Shown one piece after another: positions 11,267 through 24,300 of a DNA stretch of 64,000 bases (position 1 is its first letter; every line of letters starts with the position of its first letter). A model generated the notes under the pieces. That model did not search any database. It worked only from the letters and a program-made list of their open reading frames with translations, and was not told the DNA's origin. The stretch comes from Mustelus asterias (lineage: Eukaryota), in NCBI RefSeq assembly GCF_964213995.1, contig NW_027590122.1:1054001-1118000 (forward strand). Reading direction: 5' to 3'. The position numbers and the translations under genes are program-made.

Positions 11267-11612
11267 TAGAAATCATAGAAACCCTTCAGTACAGAAAGAG
11301 GCCATTCGGCCCATCGAGTCTGCACCGAACACAATCCCACCCAGGCCCTACCCCCACATCCCTACATATTTTACCCGCTAATCCCTCTAATCTACGCATC
11401 TCAGGACACTAAGGGTCAATTTTTAGCATGGCCAATTAACCTAACCCGCATATCTTTGGACTGTGGGAGGAAACCGGAGCACTCGGAGGAAACCCACGCA
11501 GATACAAGGAGAATGTGCAAACTCCACACAGACAGTGACCCAAGCTGGGAATCGAACCCAGGTCTCTGGAGCGGTGAAGCAGCAGTGCTAACCACTACGC
11601 TACGGTGCCGCC
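11267..11612 (-). mobile_element. HE1-like tRNA-derived V-SINE
   Basis: tRNA-like head (ggcggcaccgtagcgtagtggttagcactgctgc...ggttcgattccc), V-SINE core and CR1-like tail. Multiple copies occur in the window. Confidence 0.8.
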
Positions 11613-11897
11613 CATTTGTCTGTTTGTGTGTGTACGTTTGCGAGTTTGCTTGTGTCTGCTTGTCTCAGTGTGTTTTTCTGAATGTGTGTGTGTGTGTGTG
11701 TGTGTGTGTTGGTCTCGGATTGTGTGTGTGTGTGAACATTTGAAAAAAAGAAATATATCAAAATGTATGATATACTTGGCATTATGGTGACATGGCTCCA
11801 AGGTTAGCAAGGATGGGAACTAAACATTGAGGGCCATTCGATGTTTAGGAAGGACAGACAGAAAGCAAAAAAATGGAGTACATTGTTTCTTAAAGCG

Positions 11898-12210
11898 GGG
11901 CGGCACGGTGGCAGAGTGGTTAGCACTGCTGCCTCAATGACAGGGTCCCGGGTACAATTCCGAACTCGGATCACTGCCTGTGTGGAGTTGGCACATTCTC
12001 CCCGTGTCTGCTTGGGTTTCCTCCGGGTGCCTCGGTTTCCTCCCACAGTCCAAAGATGTGTGGGTCAGCTTGATTGGCCATCCGAAATTGACCCTCGTGT
12101 CAGGGGATTGACAGGATAAATAATTTGGGTTACGGAAATAGGGCCCGGGATTGTGGTCGGTGCAGACTCAATAATCCGAATGGCCTCCTTCTGCACTGTA
12201 GGGATCCTAT
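11898..12210 (+). mobile_element. HE1-like V-SINE
   Basis: gggcggcacggtggcagagtggttagcactgctgcctca... with the same structure as the 11267 copy. Confidence 0.8.
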
Positions 12211-12214
12211 GTGA

Positions 12215-14335
12215 TATTGAAGAAAGATATTAGCACAGAGGATGTGGAAGACTGGTAAGGGAACTGTGGCCAAGCCATCGCGTACAAGGGAAGAAGAAAC
12301 ATACAAATTGGTAAATAAATCCATCGACCTGAGAATTTGGAGCAGTTTCAATTCAGCACAAAAGGACCCAGGAATTGATTCAGAAGGGAAAAAATAGAGT
12401 GTGAAAGTAAGAAGGCGGGAAACATAACAAATAGTTGATCCATTTGTGGGCATTTTCGAAAAAATATTTAGACTCTAAACTGGTCGCTACAGATTGGAGG
12501 GTAGCTAATATACGCCCGCCAGTCAAAAAGGGAGGTAGAGAGAAATAGGGTGAACCATAAGGCAAAGAGCCGAACATTAGAACTAGGAAATTGCTCGAAT
12601 CAATTATTAAGGATTTCGTAACTCAGCATTTGGAAGGCAGTGGTAAAATCAGACGAAGTCAACATGGATTTGCAAAGGGGAAATCATGCTTGGCAAATCT
12701 ATTGGAATTGTGTGAGAATGTAACTAGTAGAGGTGACCAAGGAAAACTGGTGAGTATGGGTTATTTAGACTTTAAAATGCTTTCGGCAAGGTCTCATATA
12801 GCGTACGACCATAAACGTGGCATGGATACTGTATTGAGCTGGATAGAAAGCTGCTTAGCAGATAGGAAGCAAAGAGTTGGCAGAAATGAGTGTTTTTCCA
12901 ATTGGCTGGTAGTGACCAGTGGGGTACCGCAGGGATCCACGCTAGGAGCCCAACTGTTCTTATTATGTACAATTGATTTCAAAGAGGGAACTAAATGTGT
13001 TTTCTCCAATTTGCAGGTGACGCAAAGTTAGGTGAGAGGGTGAGCTCTGAGAAAGATGCAGCGATGCTTCAGCCTGATTTAAACAGGCAGAGTGAATGGA
13101 CATATGCATCGAAGATGCAGTATAATGTGGGCAAATGCGAGATCATCCACTTCGGAGGCAACAATAGGACGGCAGATTATTATTTGAATAAATTGAGAGG
13201 TGAATATTCAGCGACAGCTTGGCATCCATGTGTATGGAAACAAATTGAAACATGCTACCGTGCAAAGGGACCTGGGGGTCCTTGTGCATGAGACGCAAAA
13301 GCCCAGTCTGCAGGTACAACAGGTGATCAAGAAGGCAAATGGGATGTTGGCCTATATTGCGAGGGGGATAGAATATAAAAGCAGGGATGTCTTGATGCAC
13401 CTGTACAGGGCATTGGTGAGGCCGCAGCTGGAATACTGTGTGCAGTATTGGTCCCCTTATATGAGGAAGGATATATTGGCATTGGAGGGAGTGCAGAGAA
13501 GGTTCACCAGGTTGATACCGGAGATGAGGGGTTTGGATTATGAGGAGAGGCTGAGGAGATTGGGTTTGTACTCGTTGGAGTTTAGAAGGATGAGGGAGGA
13601 TCTTATGGAGACTTATAAGATAATGCGGGGGCTGGATAGGGTGGAGGCGGAGAGATTCTTTCCACTTAGTAAGGAAGTTAAAACTAGAGGACACAGCCTC
13701 AAAATAAAGGGGGGTCGGTTTAAGACAGAGTTGAGGAGGAACTTCTTCTCTCAGAGGGTGGTGAATCTCTGGAATTCTCTGCCCACTGAGGTGGTGGAGG
13801 CTACCTCGCTGAATATGTTTAAAGCGCGGATGGATGGATTCCTGATCGGTAAGGGAATTAAGGGTTATGGGGATCAGGCGGGTAAGTGGTACTGATCCAC
13901 GTCAGATCAGCCATGATCTTATTGAATGGCGGGGCAGGCTCGAGGGGTAGATGGCCTACTCCTGCTCCTATTTCTTATGTTCTTATTAGACAGGGTAAAT
14001 TCAGAAAGATTATCCCAGAAGGCTGGGGAGTCCAGAACTAGGGGGTCATAGTCTGAGGATAAGGGGTAAAACCTTTAGAACTGAGGTGAAGGAGAAACTT
14101 CATCACCCAGACAGTGGTGAATCTGTGGAATTCACTACCACAGGAAGTGATTATGACCAACACGTTGCAGGATTTCAAGAAGAAATTAGATACAGCTCTT
14201 GGGGCTAAAGGGAGCAAGGGATTTGGAGGGAAGGCACGATCAGGATATTCAATTTGACGATCATCCATGATCATAATGAGTGGCGAAGAAGGCTCGAAAG
14301 GCCGACAGGCCTTTTCCGGTTTCTATTTTTTCTGT
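12215..14335 (+). mobile_element. Old CR1 LINE with a younger CR1 3' end (~13235-13985) nested inside
   Basis: CR1 RT ORFs at 12591-13031 and 13200-13895 (RPQLEYCVQYWSP, FFSQRVVNLWNSLP), and two 3' tails. Confidence 0.9.
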
Positions 14336-15108
14336 TTCTGTGTGTGTGGGTCTGTGTATGTTTTTTTGTTTTCCCTGAGCAACAGTGTATATCTTTCTCT
14401 GCATGTTCTTTTGATACTGCATGTGTGTGTCTGTCTGGGGCTCTGTGTGGGTGTATCCGTGCGTATGATTTCTGAGATTCTGTTTGTGTGTGTCTGTGTT
14501 TGTCTGAGTGTGTGTATTTAGCTGAGAGGCAGCGTGTGTGTATGTGTGTCTGAGTTTGTCTGAGCATTTGTGTCTGCTCTATGAGAGTGTGTGTGTTTCT
14601 ATGTGCTTGTTTGAGTGTGTGTATATTTGTGTTGTCTGAGAGTGTGTGTTTGTGTTTGCTTGTCAATGTGTGTGTGTGTGCCTGTGTGTGTGTTTATCTG
14701 ACAGTGTGAGTATCTATGCGTGTGCTTGTGTGCATGTATGTATCTGTGTGTGTGCGTGTATATATGTGTGTGTGTCATTTTGCCTGAGGTAATCTGTGTG
14801 TCTTTGTCTACGTCTGTGATTGTGTGTGTGTGTCAGCTTTTGTCTAAGAGAGTTTGCATTTTTGTCTGAGTGTGTGTGTATGCCTATGGGTGTGTGTTTG
14901 TGTGCGTGTATTTGTCTGAGCGTTTGGTTGCGTGTTTGTATGTGTGTTTGTTTCTGATTGTCTGAGTGTGTGTGCGCGTTTACCTGAGTGTGTGTGCATG
15001 TCTGAGTGTGCGTTTTTCTGTGTGCGTGTTTGTTTGAGTGTGTGTGTATGTGCGTGTGTGAGAGTATGTGTGCGTGAGAGAGAGTGAGAGAGAGAGAGAG
15101 AGAGAGAT
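14335..15108. repeat. Degenerate (TG)n/(GA)n microsatellite region
   Basis: Low-complexity dinucleotide tract. Confidence 0.9.
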
Positions 15109-15714
15109 TCCTCACTATACTCCATGACTGCAAGGTTCTGGTCTTACTGATGGGGCTCCCTTGCACTGAAGCACTTAGAGTAGCTCCTGCTCATCGCATG
15201 CTCACTTTTCGATTAACTCTTTCAGCGCTGAGCCGTTAGGTTCAAATCTGCAGCATACATAAGAACAGATTAATTTCCATGTCCTGAAACCGTCGAAACA
15301 GCCCAGAATGTGCCTTTCTTTCTGCTTTTGGACTCTGCAGTTGTACTTTTGATTCTTGCCGTTTGCAGCCTAATGTTTGAGTTGTATTGTTTTCTGCACC
15401 TCTGGTCATCCAGAGGAAAGACAGAGAGAATCGTGGCATCCGCCTGTTCCCGCTGTGCAATGGGCAGTCAGCAGGGGGCGGACGTAGGGCGCATCTGGAC
15501 ACTGAAACAGAAATGTTCATGCATTCATATAGGTTGCTCAATAATTAATTCAAATCTGAATAACATATTTGGAAGGTGGGGATCGTAGGACAATGACCAT
15601 GTCACTGAAGAGTCCCAGACTAATATTATGGGCACACGGGTTCAATCCAATTCCCCACCCAGCACCCTCAGTGCACCGAATGCAATTTGAATTTTTGCAT
15701 TCAGCAATAACTTT

Positions 15715-15995
15715 TAAGTTTATTTATTTGTGTCACAGGTAGGCTTACATTAATACTGCAATAATGTCACTGTGAAAATCCTCTAGTCGTCACAGTCCGG
15801 CGCCTGTTCCAGTACATTGATGTAGAATTTAGCTTGGTCAATGCACCTAACCAGTACATCTTTCAGACTGCAGGAGGAAACCGGAGCAGACACGGGGGCA
15901 ACATGCACACTTCGCACAGATAGTGACCCAAGTCAGGAATCGAACCCGGGTCCCTGGTGCTATGATGCAGCAGTGCTAACCACTATGTTAATGTC
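15715..15995 (-). mobile_element. HE1-like V-SINE variant
   Basis: gcagcagtgctaaccac head and ggaggaaaccggagca core in reverse orientation. Confidence 0.7.
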
Positions 15996-16029
15996 CCGCC
16001 AATCTGGGTTTAGATAGGAAGGCGAGAAA

Positions 16030-16920
16030 GAACATACTTGTTATAGATGGGGTGCACCAAAAGTTCACCAGACTGATACTTGGGATTTAAGCATTGTCCT
16101 TTGAGGAGAGATTGAGGTGTGCATTCAATTAAATTCTGAAGAATGGGAGATCTCATTGAAAGATATAAAATTCTGACAATTGCAGGATTATGACCCAGCA
16201 GTACTGAAGGAACTGCCGATATATTTCCAAGTCGGGATGGTGAGTGACTTGGAGGCTGAATCTCCTTTTGATGGTGTCCTCAGGTATCTATTGCCCTTGT
16301 GTTTTTATCGTGGTAATGGCTGTGGCTGGGGGAAGTATTGTCTGGTGCTCTGGAAACACGAGTTCAAATCCCACCAACGGTAACAGGTGGAATTTAAATT
16401 TAATTAATAAAAATGTAGAATTGAAAATTCGGCTGAATAATAGAGAACTTAAGAAAACTGTCATCCGTTGTTGCAAAAGCACATTCTGCGCACCAATGTT
16501 GTACCAATGCCCACTGGAGTTTGGAAGAAAATGGGGGTTCTTATAGAAACGCATACAATTATGAAAGGAATAGATAAGATAGAAGCAAGGAGGTTGTTTC
16601 CATGGCAGATGAAATTAGAACTAAGGGACAAGATCTCAAAATAAAGATGAGGAGATTTTGGGCTGTGTTGAGGAGGAACCTCTTCACTTAAATGGCTGTG
16701 AATCTATAAATCCCTGCCCAGTGAAGCAGTTGAGGCTACATCGTTAAACGTTTTTAAGGCAAAGATAGATTTTTGAGCAGTAAAGGAATTCAGGGTTATG
16801 GTGAGCGGGCGGGTAAGCGGAGCTGAGCCCATGAAAAAATCAGCCATGATCTTATTGAATGGCGGAGCAGGCTCGGAGGGCCAGATGGCCTATTCCTGCT
16901 TCTAGTTTTTATGTTCTTTC
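16030..16920 (+). mobile_element. CR1 3' fragments mixed with SINE remnants
   Basis: CR1 3' end (aggaggaacctcttcact...cagccatgatcttattgaatggcggagcaggctc) with a tail near 16915. Confidence 0.7.
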
Positions 16921-18144
16921 AGAAAGGAAATCTGCCGACAACCTGGACTATGTGTGAGACAAGACCCAGAGAAATGTGGCCGACATTTAGCTATCTTCTG
17001 AAATGTTTAGTGAGACAAGAGGCGAGAGGCTGCAGCAACCACATGGGGTGGAAGAATATAAATAACTCGTCATCTCTTACATCTTCCAGCCCTCATGCAA
17101 AGACATCAATCTGAAACCTTAACTCGGTTTCTCACTTGCACAGTTACTGGCTGGCATGATGCAAGCAGCGTTTCCTGTTTTTGTCTGAAATGCTGCACTT
17201 TGGCCTCTTACGTTCACGCTGGTTTCTTCCCTGAAAAGAAATGTGTGGCTCATTTCGAGAATTCCAACGCAAAGCCTGTTTTCATCCTCACTCGCCCTGC
17301 CTACGAGTCCCTCCTTAGCCTGCTGCAATGCTCCACTGAAGCCCCAAGGGTACTCTTTAAAAATAAGGGGTCGCACGTTTAGGAGAGGAAGAGTGGGGAG
17401 GTTTTCCTCTCAGAGGGTCATGTGTCCCTGGAAGTCCCTCCCTCAGAAGGCAGTGGAAGCAGTCTTTCAATATTTTTAAAGGCAGAAGGAGCTAGATTCT
17501 TAGTAAACAAGGAGGGTGAAAGGTGATCAGTGTTGGCAGAAGCTTATAATGAGATCGGCCATAATCTTATTTACTGGCAGAGCAGGCCGGAAGTGACCAA
17601 CTCCTACTTCTCAGTAGCCTGTATGTTACTGTATACATATTAAAATTTCACGGCGGCTTGGTAAGGCGCACGTGTAAGAGACGGAGCAAGAACTGTTCCT
17701 GGAATCGAAGATGAGCAAGTCGGGTTTACATTGCCAATTGTTAGGGTTTGGGATTCATTGTCTCAAAGACCAGAGTAAACATTTCCGTGGTGACTTTCAA
17801 AAGAGAATGATTACAAAATCGAAAGTATAACATGCAGAGGGACATGTGCCAACGGCAAATGCAGTGGGTTTTTTTGAGCTCATTGAGATAGCAAGCATGC
17901 GCTCGTTAGGCCGAATTGCCTCGTTCCTTAATGTATGAACCGGATGAGTGACAGGATTGACTGGAGTGCAACACTTTCATTTGATTCACTAATAGTTGCT
18001 TCCTGAAGAATCGGTTAAACAGATACTTGTTAATTCTTGGATTCTTTCTCAATAATTTTCATTCATTGGGCTATCAGTATTATTCGCAAGGCCAAAAATT
18101 GTTGCTTGTCCGAAACGCAAATTACTGCGGATTCTATAATCCAA

Positions 18145-18330
18145 AACAAAAACAAAACATTCTGGAATATCTCAGTGGGTCTGACAGCATCTGTGGAGAG
18201 AGAATAGAGCCAAAGTTTCGAGTCTCGATGACGATTCGTCAGGGCCATCCGGACTCGAAACGCTAACACTATTCTCTCTTCACAGATGATGTCAGAGCTG
18301 CAGAGCTTTTCCAGTATTTTCTGGTTTTGT
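18145..18330. mobile_element. Inverted-repeat element of a second Penelope-like family
   Basis: The left arm (ctggaatatctcag...ctgacagcatctgtggagagagaatag...tttcgagtc) is the approximate reverse complement of the right arm. A CTGACGA...GAAA core is present on the minus strand. Confidence 0.55.
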
Positions 18331-18394
18331 GTTGCTCTTGCTAATTTCCCTTGAACAGTATAGTTTGCTAATGGCCATCTCCCCAGGGGAGGGA

Positions 18395-18700
18395 ATGGCG
18401 TAGTGATATTATCGCTCGAGTATCAATCCAAAAACTCAGCTAATGTTCTGGGGTCCCGTGTTTGAAACACAATTCAATAAAAATATCTGAAATTTCGAAT
18501 CTACTGATGACAGTAAAATCATTGCCAATTGTCAGAAAAAAAACAGTTGGGTCACGATGTCCTTTGGGGAAGGAAATCTGCCGTGCTTACCTGGTTTGGC
18601 CAACACGTGAGTCTAGAGCCACATCAATGTGGTTGACTGTCAACTGCCCTCCAAGGGCAACTGGAGATGGGCAATAAACGCCCATGTTCCATGAATGAAT
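18395..18700 (+). mobile_element. tRNA-headed SINE, probably SacSINE1/DeuSINE-like
   Basis: Contains ggaaggaaatctgccgt...ctggtttggcc...gggcaataaa. Related copies lie at about 20.0, 29.95, 39.45 and 55.2 kb. Confidence 0.55.
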
Positions 18701-19617
18701 AAACAATACTGCGTGTCAGGAGTCATGAAAGCCAGACGGCGTAAAGACCGCAGATTTTCTTTCTTAAGGCGGGGAAGCTCGACTGAATTGGGGAGTTGGA
18801 ATGGGGTTATACAGGAAAGATCGGACAGAGTCCATTGGAGTGCAGAAGATTGAGTGATGATTTTTTGAAACATATATGATCTTTTTTGGGCGGGGGGGGG
18901 GGGGGCGGTTGTTGTGGGGAGGTGGGGGTTCGGAGGGGTAATGGGGCCAGCGGTGTGAGGGTGGAAGCTGACGGAATGTTTAACCTTTGCGGGACAGATA
19001 GGAAAGAGGGCGAAGAAAATAATTGTTTATTCTCTCAGATGCCTGTGTGCCTTTGGAACTGTCGTCTGCAGAAATCTACTGCAGCTTCAGTCGCTGGGAA
19101 AGTCTCTGAAAAGATTCATGCTTGTCGACAGTTGGCAACATCTGGCCTCTCACCCCTCCCCCCGCACTGCCTAACTGCCACCTCGCTGCTGGAGTTTCCA
19201 GTCCCGGGTGATTAAACCACACGTTCTGGTCTTTGAGTAAACTGAGAGGCTCAGCGACCTCTTGACTGAAACCGCACACTCGGCCCACATCCTGCTGCCG
19301 TTGGTCGCCTTGTCAACCAGACCCTGGTTCCCCCAATCAGCAGTGAACGCATGTATCATTTTATCTCAACAGTTTCTATCAAAATAAGCAAGCCAAAGTC
19401 GATTAACCCCCCTACTGCGGAGAAGCAAAAGAAAATCAACACCTGATAGGAAATTCAGAGCATGGACTTCGAGACTGAGAAGTGTAATTTGTGCCATTCC
19501 TGTTAGAGAGCTGGATCATTCCTCTTAAAATATCAAGTACAGGTTGAGAAGTCACACGAAAGTTTTATGGGTTTGTTGCTCGGGGGAGCGGTCTCTGGGC
19601 AAGTCATCCAGAGTCCT

Positions 19618-19935
19618 CGGCACAGTGGTTAGCTCTGCAGTGCCAGAGGTACGGGTTCGATTCCAGCCTTGGGTGGCTGCCTGTGTTGAGTTTGCACGTT
19701 CTCGCCGTGTCTGCGTGGGTTTCATCCGGGTGCTCTGGTCTCCCTCAGTCCAAGGATGTGCAGATTGGGTAGATTGGCCATGGCAAAATGCACCTTTGTG
19801 CCCACAGATGAGCAGGTTAGGTGGATTGACCGTGGGCAGAGGGGAGGGTCTGGGTTGATTTCTCTTTCGGAGAATCAGTGCAGACTCGATGGGCCGAACG
19901 GCCACTTTCTGCAGTGTATGGTTTTTACGATTCTA
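19618..19935 (+). mobile_element. HE1-like V-SINE
   Basis: ggcacagtggttagc...ggttcgattccagccttggg...gagtttgcacgttctc. Confidence 0.7.
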
Positions 19936-20624
19936 TTATTATATTCTATGGTGAACACGGGCACAAAACCCACCATGATCAATTGTTCCTCCCTCCCCCT
20001 TCAGGGGTGCTGTAACGGCATGACGATTAATCCAGAAAGCCAGGGCTAAAGCTTTGGACACACATGAGGATTGAATTCCTGCCATGGCAACTGGAGAAAT
20101 CTGAATTCAATAAAAGCAACCTGGAATTCAACAATCGAACCATGAGTCAATTGTTGTTAAAACCCATCTGGTTCACTACATGAGACTTCAAGTACAACAC
20201 CATGGTCAATGCAAGCCACGCGGTTCAATGGTGATTCGGGATGGGAAATACATTCTGGCACTGCCGGAAATGCACGTACCGCTGGGTGAAGCAACAAATA
20301 CATTGTGTGTGGGAGTCGCTGGCCTGGCTAACGTTTATAGCCCATTCCAAATGGCCCTAATCACTGCTGCAGCCAATGTAGTCAAACCAGGCACAGGAGC
20401 AGCGTTTCGCTTTGGGTATTGGGAACGTTTTTGGGTTCTTCTCGCTTCCAGGTGACCAGTTAGCTCTTCAATTCGTTATTCCTATCAGGAATTACCTTAA
20501 CTTCCATTGTTTTTCGTTGTCATATTTTTCGGCGGGTTGGGGAGGGGGGTGGGGCGGGGGTGGGGTGGGGGTGGGGGAGGATGTGAGTGGGGGGACGGCA
20601 TTATAATGGTTAGACCACTAAAAT

Positions 20625-21360
20625 AAAAGTGTTTCTGAATGGAGGGCTGTGACAAGTGGCGTTCCTCAGGGATCAGTGCTGGGACTTTGCTGTTTGTAAT
20701 ATATATAAATGATTTGGAAGAAAATGTAACCGGATTGATTAGTAAGTTTGCAGACGAAACAAAGGTTGGTAGATTTGCGGATTGGTAGACCTGCAGATAG
20801 CGATGAGGACCATCTGAGGATGCAGCAGGATATAGTTCGGTTACAGGCTTGAGCGGAGAGATGGCAGATGGAGCTCAATCCGGACAAATGTGAGGTAATG
20901 CATTTTGGAAGGTATAATGCAGATAGGAAATATACAGTAAAGGGCAGAACCCTGAAGAGTATTGATAGCAGAGGGATCAGGTGTAAAGGTCATTGAAAGT
21001 GGCAACCCAGGTGGAAAAGGTAGTCAAGAAGGCATACGGCATGCTTGCCTTCATCAGCCGGGGCATTGAATTTAAAAATTGGCAAGTCATGTTGCAGCTT
21101 ATAGAACCTTAGTTAGGCCGCACTTGGAATATAGTGTTCAATTCTGGTCGCTACACTACCAGAAAGATGTGGAGGCTTTGGAGAGGGTACATAAAAGATT
21201 TACCGGGATGGTGCCTGGTATGGAGGGCATTAGTTATGAGGGGAGGTTGGAGAAACTTGCGTTGTTCTCACTGGAACGACGGAGGTTGAGGGGTGACCTG
21301 ATAAAAATGTGCAAGATTATGAGGGGCATAGACAGAGTGGGTAGTCAGAAGCTTTTTTCA
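20625..21360 (+). mobile_element. CR1 LINE fragment
   Basis: RT motifs in ORF 21079-21624 (RPHLEYSVQFWS). Confidence 0.85.
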
Positions 21361-24300
21361 ACAAAGAACAAAGAACAATACGGTACAGGAAGAGGCCCTT
21401 CGGCCCTCCAAGCCCCCGCCGCTCCCTGGTCCAAACTAGACCATTCTTTTGTATCCCTCCATACCCACTCCGTTCATGTGGCTATCGAGATAAGTCTTAA
21501 ACGTTCCCAGTGTGCCCACCTCCACCACCTTGCCTGGCAGCGCATTCCAGGCCCCCACCACCCTCTGTGTAAAATATGTCCTTCTGATATCCATGTTAAA
21601 CCTCCCCCCCGCCTCTCACCTTGAACCTATGACCCCTCGTGAACGTCACCACCGGCCTGGGAAAAAGCTTCCCACCGTTCACCCTATCTATGTCTTTCAT
21701 AATTTTATACACCTCTATTAGGTCTCCCCTCATCCTCCGTCTTTCCAGTGAAAACAACCCCAGTTTACTCAATCTCTCCTCATAACTAAGCCCCTCCAAA
21801 CCAGGCAACATCCTGGTAAACCTCCTCTGCACTCTCTCTAAAGCCTCCAAGTCCTTCTGGTAGTGTGGCGACCAGAACTGGATGCAGTATTCCAAATGCG
21901 GCCGAACCAACGTTCTATGCATCTGCAACATCAGATCCCAACCTTTATACTCTATACCCCGTCCTATAAAGGCTAGCATGCCATATGCCTTTTTCACCAC
22001 CTTCTCCACCTGTGACGCCACCTTCAAGGATCTGTGGAATTGCACACCCAGGTCCCTCTGCGTATCTACACCCTTTATGATTCTGCCATTTATCGCATTG
22101 CTCCCCCCTACATTAGCTCTACCAAAATGCATCACTTCGCATTGATCTGGTTTGAACTCCATCTGCCATTTCTTTGCCCAAATTTCCAGCCGATCTATAT
22201 CCATCTGTAGTCTCTGACAATGTTCCTCACTATCGCCAATTCCAGCCAATTTCGTGTCGTCCGCAAACTTACTGATCACCCCAGTTACATCTTCTTCCAG
22301 ATCGTTTATGTAAATCACAAACAGCAGAGGTCCCAATACAGAGCCCTGCGGAACACCACTCGTCACAGGCCTCCAGCCGGTAAAAGACCCTTCCACTCCC
22401 ACCCTCTGTCTTCTGTGACAAGCCAGTTCTCCACCCATCTAGCCACCTCCCCCTTTATCCCATGAGATCCAACCTTTTGCACCAGCCTACCGTGAGGGAC
22501 TTTGTCAAACGCTTTACTAAAGTCCATAGAGACGACATCCACGGCCCTTCCCTCGTCAACCATTCTAGTCACTTCTTCAAAAAACTCCACCAGGTTAGTG
22601 AGGCATGACCTCCTTCTCACAAAACCATGCTGACTATCGTTAATGAGTTTATTCCTTTCTAAATGTGCATACATCCTATCTCTAAGAATTCTCTCCAACA
22701 ACTTCCCTACCATGGACGTCAAGCTCACCGGCCTATAATTACCCGGGTTATCCTTCCTACCCTTCTTAAATAACGGGACCACATTAGCTATCCTCCAATC
22801 CTCTGGGACCTCACCTGTGTCCAGTGATGAGATAAAGATTTGCGTCAGAGGCCCAGCGATTTTATCTCTCGTCTCCCTGAGCAGCCTTGGATAGATTCCA
22901 TCAGGCCCTGGGGACTTGTCAGTCTTTATATTCTCTAAAAAACCTAACACTTCCTCCCTTGTAATGGAGATTTTCTCTAATGGTTCAACACTCCCCTCCG
23001 AGACACTCCCAGTCAACACATCCCTCTCCTTTGTGAATACCAACGCAAAGTATTCATTTAGGATCTCCCCTACTTCTTTGGGCTCTGAGCATAATTCCCC
23101 ACTTTTGTCCCTGAGAGGTCTGATTTTTTCCCTGACACCCCTTTTGTTCCTAACGTATGAATAAAATGCCTTGGGATTCTCCTTAATCCTGTCTGCCAAG
23201 AACATTTCGTGACCCCTTTTTGCCCTTCTAATTCCTCTTTTGAGTTCTTTCCGACTTTCTTTGTATTCCTCCAGAGCTCCCTCCGTTTTTAACTGCCTGG
23301 ACCTAACGTACGCCTCCCTTTTCTTTTTGACCAGTCCCTCAATTTCCCTGTTTATCCACGGTTCTCGAATCCTACCCTTCCTATCCTTCTTTTTTACAGG
23401 CACATGCCTGTCCTGCAGCCCTAACAACTGTTCCTTAAAAGACTCCCACATGCCAGTTGTGGATTTACCCTCAAACAGCCTCTCCCAATCAACAACTGCC
23501 AATTTCTGCCTAATCCCACTAAAGTTAGCCTTCCCCCAATTCAACACCTTACCCTTGGGACACCACTCATCCTTTTCCATCGCTATCCTAAAGCTAACAG
23601 AATTGTGGTCACTATTTGCCACATGTTCCCCTACTGAAACTTTGAAGACCTGACCGGGCTCATTCCCCAGTACTAGGTCCAGTATAGCCCCCTCTCTAGT
23701 CGGGCTATCTACATATTGTTCCAAAGAACCTTCCTGTATGCATTTTACAAATTCCTCCCCATTCAGAGTCCCAGCTCTAAGCGATTTCCATTCTATACCA
23801 GGGAAATTGAAGTCTCCCACTGCAACAACCCTATTTTTTCCTGCACCTATCCAGTATCTCCTGACATATCCGTTCTTCCACTTCCCTTGGGCTGTTGGAG
23901 GGCCTGTAGTATATCCCCAACATAGTGACTGCGCCCTTCCTGTTTCTGAGCTCCACCCACAGTGACTCGTTACACGACCCCTCTGAATTGTCCTCCCTCT
24001 GCACCGCTGTAATATGTTCTCTAACGAATACTGCTACTCCCCCACCTCTTTTGGCCCCTCCTCTGTCTCGCCTAAAACACTTGTACCCCGGAATATTCAG
24101 CTGCCAGTCCTGTCTCTCTTTCAACCAAGTCTCTGTCACCGCAACTACATCCAAATTCTTCGTAAGCATGAAGGCCCTAAGTTCGTCTGTCTTACCTGCT
24201 ACGCTCCTTGCTTTGAAGTAGAGGCACTCCAGACCTCCAGGCCCAGTGAGTTCATCCTCCCCCAGAGTGCTCTTCTTCTTTGCCAGCCTTGTCCTGGCCC

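Noticed and set aside
11560-11612. tRNA gene candidates at SINE heads
   Set aside because: They are A/B-box heads of dispersed SINEs, not complete cloverleafs.
10126-15166. Many HT-rich and CV-rich ORFs
   Set aside because: They are translations of CA/TG microsatellites.
17670-17740. Minus-strand LLIFDS/GTVL J-like string
   Set aside because: It needs a frameshift and has no FGxG, RSS or splice donor.
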